Part shown: positions 1-12,761 of the stretch, in pieces
Layout: every line of letters begins with the position of its first letter
How positions within the stretch are numbered: position 1 is the stretch's first letter
Source: Reclinomonas americana ATCC 50394
Taxonomy: Eukaryota
Reading direction: 5' to 3'
Length of the DNA stretch: 64,000 nt
Assembly: GCA_048213135.1 (NCBI GenBank)
Contig: PS015296.1
Location: forward strand, 1-64,000
The notes under the pieces: generated by a model
Told to the model about the DNA's origin: nothing
Database searches by the model: none
Seen by the model: the letters and a program-made list of their open reading frames with translations, nothing else
Translations under genes and position numbers: made by a program

Positions 1-114
1 CCTACAGCAGCAGCATCGCCAACAACAGCAAAGCCCAGTAGTGGTCCAGCTGCCTCTGAGGAGGACGAGGAGGAGGATGTGGACGAAGACGATTTCGAGG
101 ACGACGACGATTGA
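1..114 (+). CDS. 3' end of a gene with an acidic C-terminal tail (partial)
   Basis: Frame from base 1 reads PTAAASPTTAKPSSGPAASEEDEEEDVDEDDFEDDDD then TGA at 112-114. Confidence 0.6.
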   Translation, partial: PTAAASPTTAKPSSGPAASEEDEEEDVDEDDFEDDDD

Positions 115-160
115 TATACATAGGTGTACACGCATGGAGGAGGAGTAATGCAGTTGTCTG

Positions 161-396
161 TCATCCTTGTTTTATTGGTCGCTTTTGTTGCTGGCGAGCG
201 GCATTATCCTCGCGACGACACTTTTTGTAGGCCTCGGCCACGTCCTCACAAAACTCCATGTTCTTGCGACTCTGCGAGAGATGCGCATGTGAGTGAGTGT
301 GGCAGAGGAGTGTGCGTGTGTGTGGAAGAGGCGCGCAACAGAGCACTTGATGTAGGCCTGATAGAGCTCCTCGCACGGATCCGGCCTTTGCTCCAT
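161..396 (-). CDS. Twin CX9C mitochondrial intermembrane-space protein (COX23/CHCH-like), 2 exons
   Basis: Spliced product MEQRPDPC-EELYQAYIK-CS|SRKNMEFC-EDVAEAYKK-CRRED..; two CX9C motifs; intron GTTGCG(339)..CAG. Confidence 0.75.
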
Positions 397-909
397 GTTG
401 CAGTGAGAGAGTAAGCGGACTTTGCGCGGAATTTCCCGCGCTTATCACACAGTCACGCACGGAGGCGCACAGAGTGCCTCGCTCTCTGTCTCTCTCATGG
501 GCATTGAGCACAACTCGTGCTGCTACTTTTGCCACAAGCAGCCCAAGAGAGTTGCGACTGAGGAGAAGGGGAGGAGAAGGGGAGGAGAAGGGAAGGAGAA
601 GGGGAGGAGAAGGGGAGGAGAAGGGGAGGAGAAGGAGGGAGACTGTGAGTGAGTGAGTGAGTGAGTGAGTGTGTGTGTGAGAGAGAGAGAGAGAGTGTGT
701 GTGTGTGTGTNNNNNNNNNNNNNNNNNNNNNNNNNNNNNNNNNNNNNNNNNNNNNNNNNNNNNNNNNNNNNNNNNNNNNNNNNNNNNNNNNNNNNNNNNN
801 NNNNNNNNNNNNNNNNNNNNNNNNNNNNNNNNNNNNNNNNNNNNNNNNNNNNNNNNNNNNNNNNNNNNNNNNNNNNNNNNNNNNNNNNNNNNNNNNNNNN
901 NNNNNNNNN

Positions 910-3900
910 CCGCGGCCAGTCGCAAGGTGACCGGAAGGCCACGTGGTCGCCCACGCAAGGATGCCCTGCAACCGAAACTGTTCCTGCCAGCACGATCACC
1001 CGGCTTGCGCTCGTCCACACGCGCCACCACACCCTCGGTGTCGGACCGCGAGCGTACCGTGTCGCCTGTGGGCGACGGTGGTGACCGCAGCGACGTGGGT
1101 GAGGGTGCTGGTCCCTCGGCCACCGTCAAGCCTCGTGAGCGGCGTGTCGATCCGACGGTGCTCATGGCAGTGTACACACCGGCCATGTTTCCGTCGGAGG
1201 ACTCGGCGCTGTGGAGGGCGCTGGTGGAGGAGGACGAGTCGTGGATGACTGTGTCGTCACAACGACAGTACGCGCTGCCGACGAACGGAAGTGGATCGGC
1301 GATGCTGGCGGCGCCGACAACGACCAACACCACCACAACCAGTGTTACCGCCAGTGCCGCAGTCACCCCGTCGCCAGTGCCGTCCGCAGTTGTGCAGGTG
1401 AGAGCAGGCACACAGGCATTGTGTCGTTTGCATCTTTTCGTGTGCTGACTTTTGATGTGCAGACGGATCGAAGTGCGGAAAGCAAAGCCGACCGCGGCGG
1501 CAGCGACGACGAGGATGAGGAGGTCGACCTGGGTCCGCTGATTGTGGATGTGCCATCGGTGCGCGAAGCCGACATGGTGCGCACGGGGGACGAGGGGTAT
1601 CCGGTGCCGGAGCAGAACATGGTGCCGCGAGAGGAGTTTGTGCTTCCACCATCGTACATTCACCACCATCGGCACTTTGATCGAGACATTGTGGAGCCGG
1701 CGTATTTGGCCGATGCGGACGATGTGCGCTTCTGCGAGGCATTCGAGAAGGAATCCACCGTCGCCCTCCCACTCGGTTCGGGTACCATGATTGCGGCACT
1801 CGAGGCGGTCACGGATCGCTTGGAGCGCCTGTTCCTCTACTTGGTGCGCACTGTACGCGACGACGACCATGGGTGTTGTCGACATGTTGTGTCTCACTCT
1901 TCCCCCCATTGCAGCTCAAGTTCGTGCTCCGACGTCCGGGAGTCATTCGGCAGTCGGCGCGGGCGTTGGATCAGGGTCGCTTGCTGGAGTGCGTGTTGTT
2001 TGACGTGGTGGAGGAGGCCACCGAGTATGGCTTTGGTCCGGGCGCGGTGGCCAACATTCCGCCCCCTCCGCCGCCCATTCGCTGCGATGTGTGCATGCAG
2101 ACGGATGAGGACGACGATGATCGGCTGATTACGTGTGCATCGTGTGGCGTGATTGTGCATCAGTCGTGCTACGGTGTCGCGGAGTTCCCCGATGAGGAGG
2201 AGGATCCGTGGGTGTGCAATCGGTGCTCGTCGGTGTCGCCCAATGATGTGGTGAGTGGTAAGAGGGGAAAAGGGGGAAGGGTGGAGAAGGGAGGGCGACG
2301 GGGAAAAGGAGGAAGAAGGGGAAGGGCGACGGGGAACGGGAAGGGAGAGTGAGGGGAGGGAGGAATGAGAGAGAAGGAATCTAGGGCAGGAGAGGGATAA
2401 GAGGGCAGGGAGAGGGAGAAGGAATGCGAGAGGATGAAGTGTGGTTCTGTGTGCGTGGATGTGTGTCTGAGGTACGTGATCGCCCCCACGCATTCCGTCC
2501 TTGTGTCCATCGATCAGGGAGAAGTAAGAAAGAAAATGAAAGAGAGAGAGAGAGAGAGAGATTGTGTGTGACTCTGTGTGACTCGCTTTCTACCTCTCGC
2601 TCTCTCTCTCTCTCTGTACGTGTGGGGTTCGTAATCGTCCCCGCTCACTCTGTCATCAGTGCTGCGTATTGTGCCTGGATTGATGAGGGAGGAAAGAAAC
2701 AAGAGAGAGAGGAATGAAGTGGGTGGTGTATTTGTGGTTCTCTCTCTCTCCTTCCCGCTCCCTCTGTGTGTGTGTGTGTGTGTCTGCCTCCCCCGCTCAC
2801 TATGTCTTAGCTGCGTGTTGCTCTGGAAGGAAAGGAGAAAAAGAAAGTGAGACGGACACAGAGGGAGGAAAGAAATACGGAAGGAGTACGAGAGAATTCA
2901 AGAGAATATTGTTCTGGGCGTGATTCTCTCTCATTTCCTCCCCCTCTCTCCCTTTCTCTCTCTGTGTGTGCCTGCACCCCCGCTCACTATATCTTAGCTT
3001 CGTGTGATCTGGAAGGAAAGGAGAAAAGAGAGTGAGACGGACACAGAGGGAGGAAAGAAATACGGAAGGTGGAGAGAGAAATTGTGCAAGAGAATGTTGA
3101 TGTGTGTGTGATTCTCTCTCTTGTTCTCTCTCTCTCTCTTGTGTCGTGAACGCCCCATTCGTTCCGTCAGTGTGTAGTTTTCGGATCGGTCAGAGAGGAA
3201 AGGAGGAACGATAAAGAAACGAAAACGGGAGGAAGGAGATATGGAAGCGTGGGGCAGAAGGAATGCGAGAGAATACAAGTGCTCTCTCTCTCTCTCCCTC
3301 TCCCTATTCGTCTCTCTCTCTCCACGCTCACTCCCGTCCTCAGCGCTGCGTCTTGTGCCCGGATCGATCGGGTGCGTTCAAGCCGACCGACACTGGCGAG
3401 TGGATGCACGTGCAGTGCAATCTGTGGATGCCCGGCTGCTATGTGCCCGAGGAGCGTGTGCCATGGATGCAGCCGTTGTGTGGCCTGGAGAACATTGTAA
3501 AGACGCGCTTTGAGCTGGTGCGTGGACGTGCATGCCACGTCGTCTGCCTGACTTGTTCTCACTCACTCTTTACCTCGCAGTCATGCATACTCTGCTCGCA
3601 CTCGATGGGTGCCGTGATTCAGTGTGCGGCGGCCTCGTGTACACGTGCATTCCACGTACGCTGTGCGCACTTGAATCCGCGCGACGCGCTGCTGGTGTTT
3701 GGTGATCCTTGTCGGGTGTACTGTCGCAATCATCGGCACTTGGCACCTGCACGCCGTGAAAATGGCGAGGAAGGACGAGTCAAGCATCGACGGCGGCGGG
3801 TGTGTGTGATTGTTTGTTTAGAGCATGCCTGCCACTGGCTTTTGCATCATTCTTTGACACTTTCATGGGCGGGTTCGGCGTGCGCAGAAGAGTTACAATA

Positions 3901-5159
3901 TGAAACCACCGCGAAGGAGACCGGCTGGTTCGCACGCGACGTCGGCCGGCGGCAGCGGCGCCGCATCTTCCTCGTCTTCGTCGCTGAAGAAGAGCAAGAA
4001 GGCACCGAAAGCGGCCAACAAGGAAACGCCTGGGTCGCCTTCGGCAGGCGCTGGCTCGTCGAGTGCGTTCGCTGGCGCGGCGGCTTCTTCTGCATCCGCC
4101 GGCGACGCGGATGCCGCCAAGGCCAGTGGCCAGGACAGTGACAGCAGCGACAACCCGTTCGAGGACGAGGATGGCGTGCTTCGTGTGGGACCCATGATTG
4201 GTCCGCTGGATGTGTGGCGTTCCGAAATTAACGCCCTCTTCCGTCAGTTTGCACATCGGTCGCCGGCCGAGCGACGCGATGTGCACTCGGCCGTGGTGAC
4301 AGCCGTGATGCGCAATGCCAACGCGCTGTTCGCCTCGTGCCGCGACGTGTTTCCGGAACCGAGCCATCCCACCTCGCAGGCGTTCATCCGCGCGGCCGGA
4401 CACCTGTGGGCGGCGAAGCACTCGTTCATGGCGCCGATTCACATGGAGGTGGTGGTGTCGCGCGTGTTGCACAGCGACCCCGACGAGTGGCAGCTGCCTG
4501 CACCTGTGCCCATTCAGGAGTTGTTCCCCCGTGACGCCGACCTGCGGTGGCGACGGCGCCACGGCGAGCCGTCGTTGGTGCTGATCAATCTCAGCGACAT
4601 GGAGTATGCGCGCGAGTTTGGTGAGGTCGCCCGCGGCATGGTCTCCTTCTTCACCCAGGACGACAAGATGTTGATGGCCCCCGGCGACGACGAGCGCCGC
4701 CGGCTGTTCGTCTCGGACGCCAAGCCACTCTCGCTGCTGCGCGACATTCGTGCCGCCGGACTGGCGCGAAAGCGGCCCTGCAATGCAACGGCCGTCACGT
4801 CGTCGGCCGGCAATTCGCGAGTGTGGCACCCGGTGCGTGCAGCGGCGGCCGCACTCGCCGCACGCTCGCACCTCTCGGAGCGCGAGTCCAACTTTATGAC
4901 CATGTTCAAGCTGTTCGGCGACTTCCAGCGATTGCGCGAGGTGGCCGAGCTGACCGTGGCGCGTGAACGCATCAAGCGGCAGCTGGTGGGTGCCCGCGAG
5001 CAGCAGTTTGAGGAGCTGGCGAGCCTGGCACGCACGCTGCCACCACCACCCACGCACCCTGCCGTCGCGACATTGTCGACTGCAGCCGCGAGTGTTGCGC
5101 ACTACGTCGGTGAGCGGAGCAGCCGAAAACGACCAGCGGCCATGGTTCTCGACGTGTAA
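910..5159 (+). CDS. BRPF/Jade/Nto1-like PZP (PHD-Zn knuckle-PHD) chromatin scaffold protein, multi-exon, 5' end lost in gap
   Basis: AT-hook GRPRGRPRK; PHD1 CDVC..CASC..VHQSCYGV..WVCNRC; CVLCPDRSGAFKPT..WMHVQC; PHD2 CILC..IQCAAASCTRAFHVRCA; C-terminal EPC-like helix FQRLREVAELTVARERIKRQL. Confidence 0.85.
2500..3320. repeat. Degenerate tandem repeats filling a ~1.1 kb intron
   Basis: Near-identical ~100 bp blocks at ~2795-2890 and ~2980-3070 (ctcactat.tcttagct..tctggaaggaaaggagaaaa..gtgagacggacacagagggaggaaagaaatacggaagg) plus GA/CT/GT microsatellites. Confidence 0.7.
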
Positions 5160-5258
5160 CATTGCAATGAATAAGTCGCGCGTACGTAATACGTAGTTGT
5201 TGACGCCAGGCATTTCACTTGTGTACAAGGATGAACCACCACAACTGCTTTTCTCAAA

Positions 5259-5908
5259 CTACTGTGCGACCACATGCTCCGTGGGTAGTGGTGGAGGCGC
5301 TGCAGTCGTCTCCAGCAGTGAACTATCCGACCCGGGACCGCGGTGTCGACGACTGCCTCGCTGGTGAGCGTTGCCCTTCATGATCTGCAATGCCGAAGAC
5401 GATCATTGTCTCTTGAGTGACCGTGCGATCGACAAAAGAGAGAGTGGAAGAGGAAAAGGGGGTGGAAGGGAGGAGAGAGAGCGCAAAAGAGTGACATGAG
5501 TGTGAGAGACAACAGTGGAGGGGAGTTGTCCCGTGATCGCGCGCACAAAAACGACCACACTGAAGACGTGTCAGCCTCTCTCTCTCTCACACACACACTC
5601 ACTCTCCTCTCTCTCTCTCACTCTCCTCTCGCCACTCACACGCACCAGGTCAGTGAAGCTTGGCGGTCGCTCGTAATCTCTTTGTGGTCGCGATGGTGCC
5701 TGATCCATGCCGAGCAGGTCTCGAAAGAACTTGATCTTGTGCAGGTAGAGCTTCCACATGATCCACCAACCTGAGCGGGAAAGAGTGAGAGAGGAGAGGA
5801 GATTTACACAGCGCACTCTCTCTCTGTGTTACACTCACCCACAGTCAGCAGCACGCCCAGCAAGAGCAGTGCAGAGGAGGTGCTGATGAAGAGCTCGCCG
5901 AGACCCAT
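5259..5908 (-). CDS. SMIM13: Small integral membrane protein 13-like (DUF4750-type), 3 exons
   Basis: MGLGELFISTSSALLLLGVLLTVG|WWIMWKLYLHKIKFFRDLLG matches the SMIM13 pattern (TM helix + GWxxxWxLxLxKxKFxRxLxG); canonical GT-AG junctions; TAG at 5259-5261. Confidence 0.7.
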
Positions 5909-6028
5909 TGTGTCGCTCTCTCTCACCAACGATCAAGGCAGAGTGAGATAAGAGGGAAAGCGCGCGGTTTGTTGTGTCCTGCCACACTGATAAACATTTG
6001 ACTTCGCGCTCCTTTTTTTCAATAGTGT

Positions 6029-7964
6029 TCACTCTCTTGTGGCTTGCAGCGAGCGAGAGAGAGGAGCAGGGGGTGGGACATCGAGGTAGANNNNNNNNNN
6101 NNNNNNNNNNNNNNNNNNNNNNNNNNNNNNNNNNNNNNNNNNNNNNNNNNNNNNNNNNNNNNNNNNNNNNNNNNNNNNNNNNNNNNNNNNNNNNNNNNNN
6201 NNNNNNNNNNNNNNNNNNNNNNNNNNNNNNNNNNNNNNNNNNNNNNNNNNNNNNNNNNNNNNNNNNNNNNNNNNNNNNNNNNNNNNNNNNNNNNNNNNNN
6301 NNNNNNNNNNNNNNNNNNNNNNNNNNNNNNNNNNNNNNNNNNNNNNNNNNNNNNNNNNNNNNNNNNNNNNNNNNNNNNNNNNNNNNNNNNNNNNNNNNNN
6401 NNNNNNNNNNNNNNNNNNNNNNNNNNNNNNNNNNNNNNNNNNNNNNNNNNNNNNNNNNNCGGGTGGAGAAAAGCAAAACAAAGTGAAATAGCGAAGAGTG
6501 TATGAGATGCAGGTACAGCACAGCACACTGGGCGGTATGCAACATCCGTGTGGGTTGCGAGGAGTGGAGCAGTACTGAGGGAAGTCACGAGGTGACAGAG
6601 GGAAAGACTGGGAGAATGACAACACCCAGACTAGCAGCAGTGGCGGAAAGTTGTGTGGAGAGCGTTGTGTGGAGAAGAGCAACAACACAAAGAGATACGG
6701 AGAGTGTAAGAGATACAGCACACTGGGAGAAAGGCAACACCCGTGTTGGTTGCCAGGAGCGGAGCAGTATAGAGGGCGAGAAACACAAGAGGTGCAGAGG
6801 GAAAGACGACACAGGCAGGAAAACAACACCCGACAACCAGCAGTGTCAGAACTTGTGTGGAGAGGGTGGGAGTGGAGCAATTCAGACAGAAGCGCACGAA
6901 CGGGCTTAATGAGAGATGCAGGGAAAGAGGAAGGCAACACCCGACGACCAGCATGCCGGAGTTTGTATGGAGCGTGGGGTGGAGCAATACAGCGCGAATG
7001 GCACGAACGGGCAGTGTGAGAGATACAGGGAAAGACCACGGCTGCGAGAAAGACAACACCCCGACGACCAGAAGAAGTGGCGGAATTCGAAGAGGAGAGC
7101 GTGCACTGCCTGCAGTGTCACGTACGCGTGCGGAATGAAGGCGTCCCCCGGCGAGACAACTCCAAAGAGATGTGAAAGCACAACCGCCTTTCGGCACAAC
7201 ACACATTCACCAACACAAAAGACACGTCCTCCCCCCTCTCCCCACTCCTCCCCGCCCTCAAACCCGCTTCACACCTCGTTGCATCATGTGGCAGAACTCA
7301 TGCCCGTCCACCGTCAGCTTGACAGGCAAGTCACTCAAGCGGCCATCCACCGGCAAGTCGCCAATGCCCGGCACCGGTGCCCTCTTGCCGGCCTTGGCCG
7401 CCTCTTGCGGATTGGCTGCGCACACAGACAGAAGAGTCAGACAACTCTGCGCGAACAAAGGAATCTCGCGACAACTCTGCTCACCATCACGCGTGTTGGA
7501 GGCGCGGTTCGTGGTCAGCCGCAGTCTCTCCTCGGGGAACGCATACTCGCCCTAGCAATCATCACAACAAGAAAAGAGTTGTCATGACATGATCACGTCA
7601 GCAACACAAAAAAAAGCGGAGAAATACAACTGACCGAGAGTCCGCGCTTGAAAAAGGCCTTGACCTGCAAGTCGGTGAGCGCATTCTGCTCCGTGTAGTG
7701 CACATACTCGAGTGTGAGGGTGCCGTCGGGGTGCGAGATCTGGATGTCCTCGCGACCAATGGGCGAGGCGACGCCGACTTGGAGGTCTTCCTCGGCGCCG
7801 AGGGTGAGCCAGCGGTACATGATGGTGCAGACGGTGAAGTGGGCGGCGCGTGCGGGCAGTGGCGTGCGCTGGTGGCTCACTGCGTTGGTCGACGAGGAGC
7901 CATGGTGGCCGTTGGCGTGGTGGCCGTTGCTGGTGCTCTCGTGGGCGGTGGCGGCGCTGGACAT
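6029..7964 (-). CDS. Hypothetical protein, at least 3 exons; last exon uncertain (across gap)
   Basis: MSSAATAHES..KAFFKRGLS|GEYAFPEERLRLTTNRASNTRD|ANPQEAA..FCHMMQR join in frame at GT-AG sites; possible terminal exon YLDVPPPAPLSRSLQATRE* at 6029-6090. Confidence 0.5.
6460..7200. repeat. Degenerate ~100/200 bp tandem repeat inside an intron
   Basis: Recurring blocks gagata/gcag..cacactggg..gcaacacccg..ggagca..gagggaaagac..acaacacccga..agcag..ttgtgtggag. Confidence 0.65.
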
Positions 7965-9253
7965 GGGTGAATGGGCGAAAGGGGGAAGGGATGGGGTTGG
8001 CGCACAAGGGGAGAGGGTGAGATGAAACGTTAACGAAATCGCAAGCAAATTCTGTATGACGTGGATCGGCGACGTCAACAGGCAAACACAGCTGTGCATG
8101 ATCGCCAAGAGAGCACCAGCAACTGAGACGTTACATGAACAAGATCGAGTGTGTGTGTGTGTGTTAATGATGGTGCCGACGCCGCTGTGGCCGTACGAAT
8201 GGCGTTTCTGCAACAGAAACCGAAACATCAAGGCAGTGGTGGTGGCAGCAGGTTTCCGTGTGTCGCTTCTGCCGTTGGAGCTTTGCAGTGATCGCGGCAA
8301 GTGCAACAGGCGCGCACAGTGATCCACACACACCAGCGTGGCACGCAAGGGATAGAGAGAGAGGGAAAAGAAGGGGAGAGAGGGGGGGAGGAACGGGAGA
8401 GGCGGGGGGAAGGCTGCGCGCGGGCGCAACAGCTGCTGTCTTGGTTGCCACGTGCAGCCGCCCAAGAGGGGGCAGGGAATCGTGCGTTTGTGCATGCAAG
8501 TCGAGAACTGCGATGTGGCTGCACATATGGTTGCAGTGATTGGTCCTTGGAGATCGACAAGCAGGAGCTCCGTTCGGATCCGGAGGGCAACTGTCGCGGG
8601 AGGCAGCCGGCCACGACGTTCTCTGCGGAGGGAAGGAACCAACCGACCATTGTTGCGCTGCGATCATCGATCATCGAAAACCGCGAACTTGTCACTCTGC
8701 GAGCCTCTCTTGATCCCTTTGTTGTATGTGTGTGACTCGCGACGTACAAAGCTGTTCGCTTGCCAGTGATACAAAAGAATCGACATGACCCTCGTTGTTA
8801 CTCCGCCGCCAGAATCTTTCACTCGCCTCCTCCCTCACACCGCCGTTCACCTGCGAGGACGCCACTCCCCTGGTGAGACTCCCTTACGTAAGCAGTGCGT
8901 TGGTGATCAAGTAGGGAATCGCGTCACAGCGAGTGCCAGCTGCACAGTTGACCACACTCGCCTGTTTGTCGAGTTGTCCGGGCGGGAACCATTTTTCCGA
9001 ATCACTCTCCTCCATTGTTTGCATCCGAATCGTTGTGGCGAGAGCGAGCATCCCACTGCTCAGTTGGGTACTCCTTCGTCTCACTCTTCCTCTCCCCTCC
9101 CCTCTCCTCCTCCCCTCCCCACCTCTCTCTTCGTGCCTCTCGCTCCTCAGCTATCACCATCCGTTTCTCTCTCTCTCACTCACTTCGCAATCTTTGCACA
9201 GACTTGAATCGAACACCACCAAAACAACAACAACAACAACCACCCTCGCCACC

Positions 9254-10004
9254 ATGTCTGTCATCGTCCAGGGAACCAATATGGCCGTGCAGGCCCTCTC
9301 CGTCTGCACCGTCACCCTCTACGTCAAGGTTTGTTGCGAAGAAAGATAGATCTAGAAGCTCAGATTCTGCAGTTTCCGAATCCTCTGACGCTACGATGCT
9401 TCCTTGTCTCTCTCTCTCTGTGCAGATGTTGGCCAGTGCCATGTACACCTCGGTGGCGCGCCGGCAGGAGGGTCGACCGCTTGCGCCTGAAGTCAGTCGT
9501 CTCCTGGTCAAAAATCTTGCTTTATTGCACTCCGTCACCCCTCATGCTCACCTTGGAGATCCTCGCACACGCACTTGCAGGATTTCCAACCAGAGCCTGC
9601 GGCCGCCCACAAGGAGGTGGCCATTCCAGGCGAAGGAAGAGTCGTCGGCGGCATCAGCAGCATCCTGTCTCGCGTCGATCGCGGCACCGCCATGCTTCGG
9701 TTCGCTCTGCCTGCCAACAATTGCGCTTCTTCCTCACACTGATTACCTTGTGCTGCCTGGCAGAGATGATGTGGAGAACATCCCCATCTTCCTCATTATC
9801 GCCTTACTTCTGGTGCTCACCAGAAACCTCAACGGGGCACGCCAGAACGCCTTTGTGGTGTACTTTGTCGTGTTCACCTTTGCACGACTGATGCACTCGC
9901 TCTTCTTTGTGCTGCGCATGCAGCCGCTCCGATACCTGATGTACGATCTCGGCGTGTTGACGACACTCGCCGCCAGCGTGCATCTCCTCATCGACGTCTT
10001 TTAA
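9254..10004 (+). CDS. MAPEG family membrane protein (microsomal GST1/PTGES-like), 4 exons
   Basis: TM1 ..CTVTLYVK|MLASAMYTSVARR..PE; R-D-D-V-E-N-I-P-I-F motif; FTFARLMHS..QPLR pattern. Confidence 0.85.
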
Positions 10005-10226
10005 TCGGCATGCGTTCCTTTCACACTCTTTCACTTCCCTCTTCCCTCTTTCTCTCTCGCGGTGTACACCGCGAATGTTGTTGTCGATCCGCCCGTCGAC
10101 AACGATAAGTGCGCGCGGTTATGAGAAGACAAAAAAAAACTCAGTGAACGATCCACGTTGTTTCAAACACTTGGTAATATCGTGCATTATTATAACAAGG
10201 ATGATGATCTGCCGAGTGGCACGCCA

Positions 10227-12761
10227 TCAATCGATGATCATGGTGAACTGGCCACACATCTCCCGCAGTCGCCGCATCTCGCTCAGGGCCTCTGCGGCAG
10301 TCGGCCGCACGTCGCGAATAGACATGCACTTGAATCCCAACTCGATCATCGGAGCGCACAATCGTGGATGCCACTCTCCTGCCTCCACATCGGCCAACGA
10401 TCGCAGGTCGAGTACAGCTGGATTACGGGACCACTGAGACGACCATTGCTTCACGACGGAAATGTCCTTGCCGGTGACCAGCTGCACAAGCAGCACACCG
10501 ATGCCGTAGACATCACACTCCGGCCGTACTTCGCCGGTCTCCAACATCAGCGGGTCCAAGTAGTGATAAGTGCCAGCGGCGTGAGTGGAGACATGCGACT
10601 GCAGCACCGCACAGGTTCACGATAGTAAATGAGAGACATGAACAGTGCTCGTGACTTTGAAACAGCCCTGACCTTTCCCTGCTCCATCACACGCGACAGT
10701 CCAAAGTCACCAATGCGCGGCTCCAGCCGGTCCTCGAGTTCTTCGAGGAGAATGTTGGACGGCTTCAAGTCACGGTGAATAATGTTGTTCTGCAGTGGCG
10801 CTTGTCAGCACCATGCTGCGGCATCGACTGCGATCTATCCGAGTACGCGTACGCACCTCATGCAAGTACGCAACGCCGTCCACAATCCCAAGTCCGATGC
10901 ACACACGTTGAAGCACATTAAGAGGTCGTCTTCTCCGCTCTCCTTGCGGCAGAAGCACCTTCTCGAGATCCAGTCGACTGCGATCGACAAACAATTTGTT
11001 GTGAGACAGAACTCTTCCTGCAGTTCCGTTCACCGACCACCAGACATACCTCAGCGCTCGGTACACAAGGCACCTCCTTGTGTTCTCAGCATTGGAGTCT
11101 TCCACTGCATATCCGAGCAGAGGCACAAGGCGCGGGTGAGAGTGGCAACCGAGTGTGCGAACCTGGGCGTACGCAATCAGTAAACTGATTGCCGGTAAAC
11201 ATTCAGAGAGCACGAAACTTCGCTCTCATACGACGACAACGCCCACGGGGTGTCAATGTCGATCAACTTGACTGCCACGTGCTCCTCTCGCAGCAGACAA
11301 ATGTAGACGGCGCCCTGACCACCTTCGCCAACTTTGAATCGCTCATCAAACGACTCACTGGCCGCCACCACCTCGCTCCACTCGTAGTTTCGGATGCGAC
11401 CAGGGTCTTTGACGAAAGAGGTCAGCTGTCTCGGCAAGGAGGCACACGCGAGCAGTGAAAAAACGCACCAGCTACTGCCGTGGCAGCAAGCTGCCTACGC
11501 AACTCCGCCACCATCGACCTCTCTTCTGCAAGGCGGGCGTCCTTCTCGCTCACTTGCAGCACTAATTCAGCAACGTGCTGATGCAACTCCTTCATGGTTT
11601 GTTGATCATCGTTGACCTGTTTCTGAGTTGCATCCAAAAGTGCTCGCAGTCGAGTCTCACTTATCTTCGTCGCCGCAAGCATGCGCTGAAGCTCGAGAAC
11701 GCTCTCCTGACCCGCTTGTGCAAGCACCCGAGCATCTGCGAACCGAAACCACGCATGCATAAGGTTAGAGTACTCATCGAGAACCTCCACAGCGACGCAA
11801 ACAACTTACGCACCAAGGTCCCACTTGCGTACGCTCCTGTCTCGACTGGCAGAGAAAATTTGGCTTCCGTCAGGCGTCATTACAACAGAGTACACAGCTC
11901 CCTCGTGGCCGGCCAGCCGCTGCACCTCGCTGCCAGTGGAGCTGGAGCATACAAGCACCAGTTGGTCGTCACCCCCACTCACCACGTGCCTCCCGTCGGA
12001 TGTGAGCGCCAGTGACAGAACGGGACCTCGATGCCACTGCAACCGTAGCTGCTGCGTTCCCGTCACCAGCGACCACTTGATGACGGTGCCGCTGTCGGAG
12101 GCAGAAAACAGGAAGCGATTGTCGAAGGCGAACACTACGGCACGCACAGCGGCACCATGCTTGTCGAGTTTTCTGACTTTTTCGCCAGTGGCAAGCGACC
12201 ACACGCGCACCGTCTGGTCCTCGCTGCCGCTGGCGCCAATCTCGCCTTCGGCAGACACGGCGACAGATGTCACAGCACCGCCATGACTCGTGGATCGCCA
12301 CAGTTGCTCCCCGCTGCTCAGCGACCAAGCACGCACGCTCTTGTCGCGACTGCCACTGATCACCACGGTGCCGGCGGGAGACACGGCCAGCGAGAGCACG
12401 GCATCCGTGTGTCTCTCAAAGCGTTGCACCTCTCGGTTCTCCTCCAGCGACCACACGCGGATGGTCTTGTCGTCACCGCCGCTGACGAGCAGTCGGCTGT
12501 TGGGAGAGGCGGCGACACAGTGGATGGTGCGAGTGTGACCTCTGAAACAATGCTCCTCGGTCCGCGTGAACATGGACATCACACGAACAGTGTGGTCAGA
12601 GCGCCCGCTGGCGATGTGATGGCCGTCGGCGGTGGCGACGATCGAGGATGACACATGTGCTTGAAGGCTTGTTGTTGTGGTCGTGGCAGAGGCTGACTGC
12701 AGCGATGACAATGCGAGTGGGAGAGCGAAGATCACGTGCGCACAAGACTGCAATTTACCAT
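10227..12761 (-). CDS. WD40 propeller - coiled coil - RLK/Pelle(IRAK)-type protein kinase fusion, multi-exon
   Basis: ATG|GTAAAT first intron; 7 WD repeats; intron G|GTGCGT..CGCAG removes the in-frame TAA at 11806 and joins KWDLD-ARVLAQ..; kinase motifs GEGGQGAVY, VAVK, HRDLKPSNILL, DFG, GTYHYLDP, DVYGIGV. Confidence 0.8.

Noticed and set aside
495-971. Long ORFs running through N-gaps (also at 6.1-6.5, 15.2-15.7, 46.6-46.8, 57.2-57.5 and 59.9-60.0 kb)
   Set aside because: Open only because Ns contain no stops; the flanks are microsatellites or belong to genes already called
8301-8769. ORFs in the divergent region between the orphan gene and MAPEG (e.g. EIDKQELRSDPEG..RASLDPF)
   Set aside because: No recognisable motif, start or consistent splice structure
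11806-11808. In-frame TAA between the WD40 and coiled-coil ORFs, suggesting readthrough or a variant genetic code
   Set aside because: It lies inside a canonical GTGCGT..CAG intron; TAA, TAG and TGA all terminate other genes here
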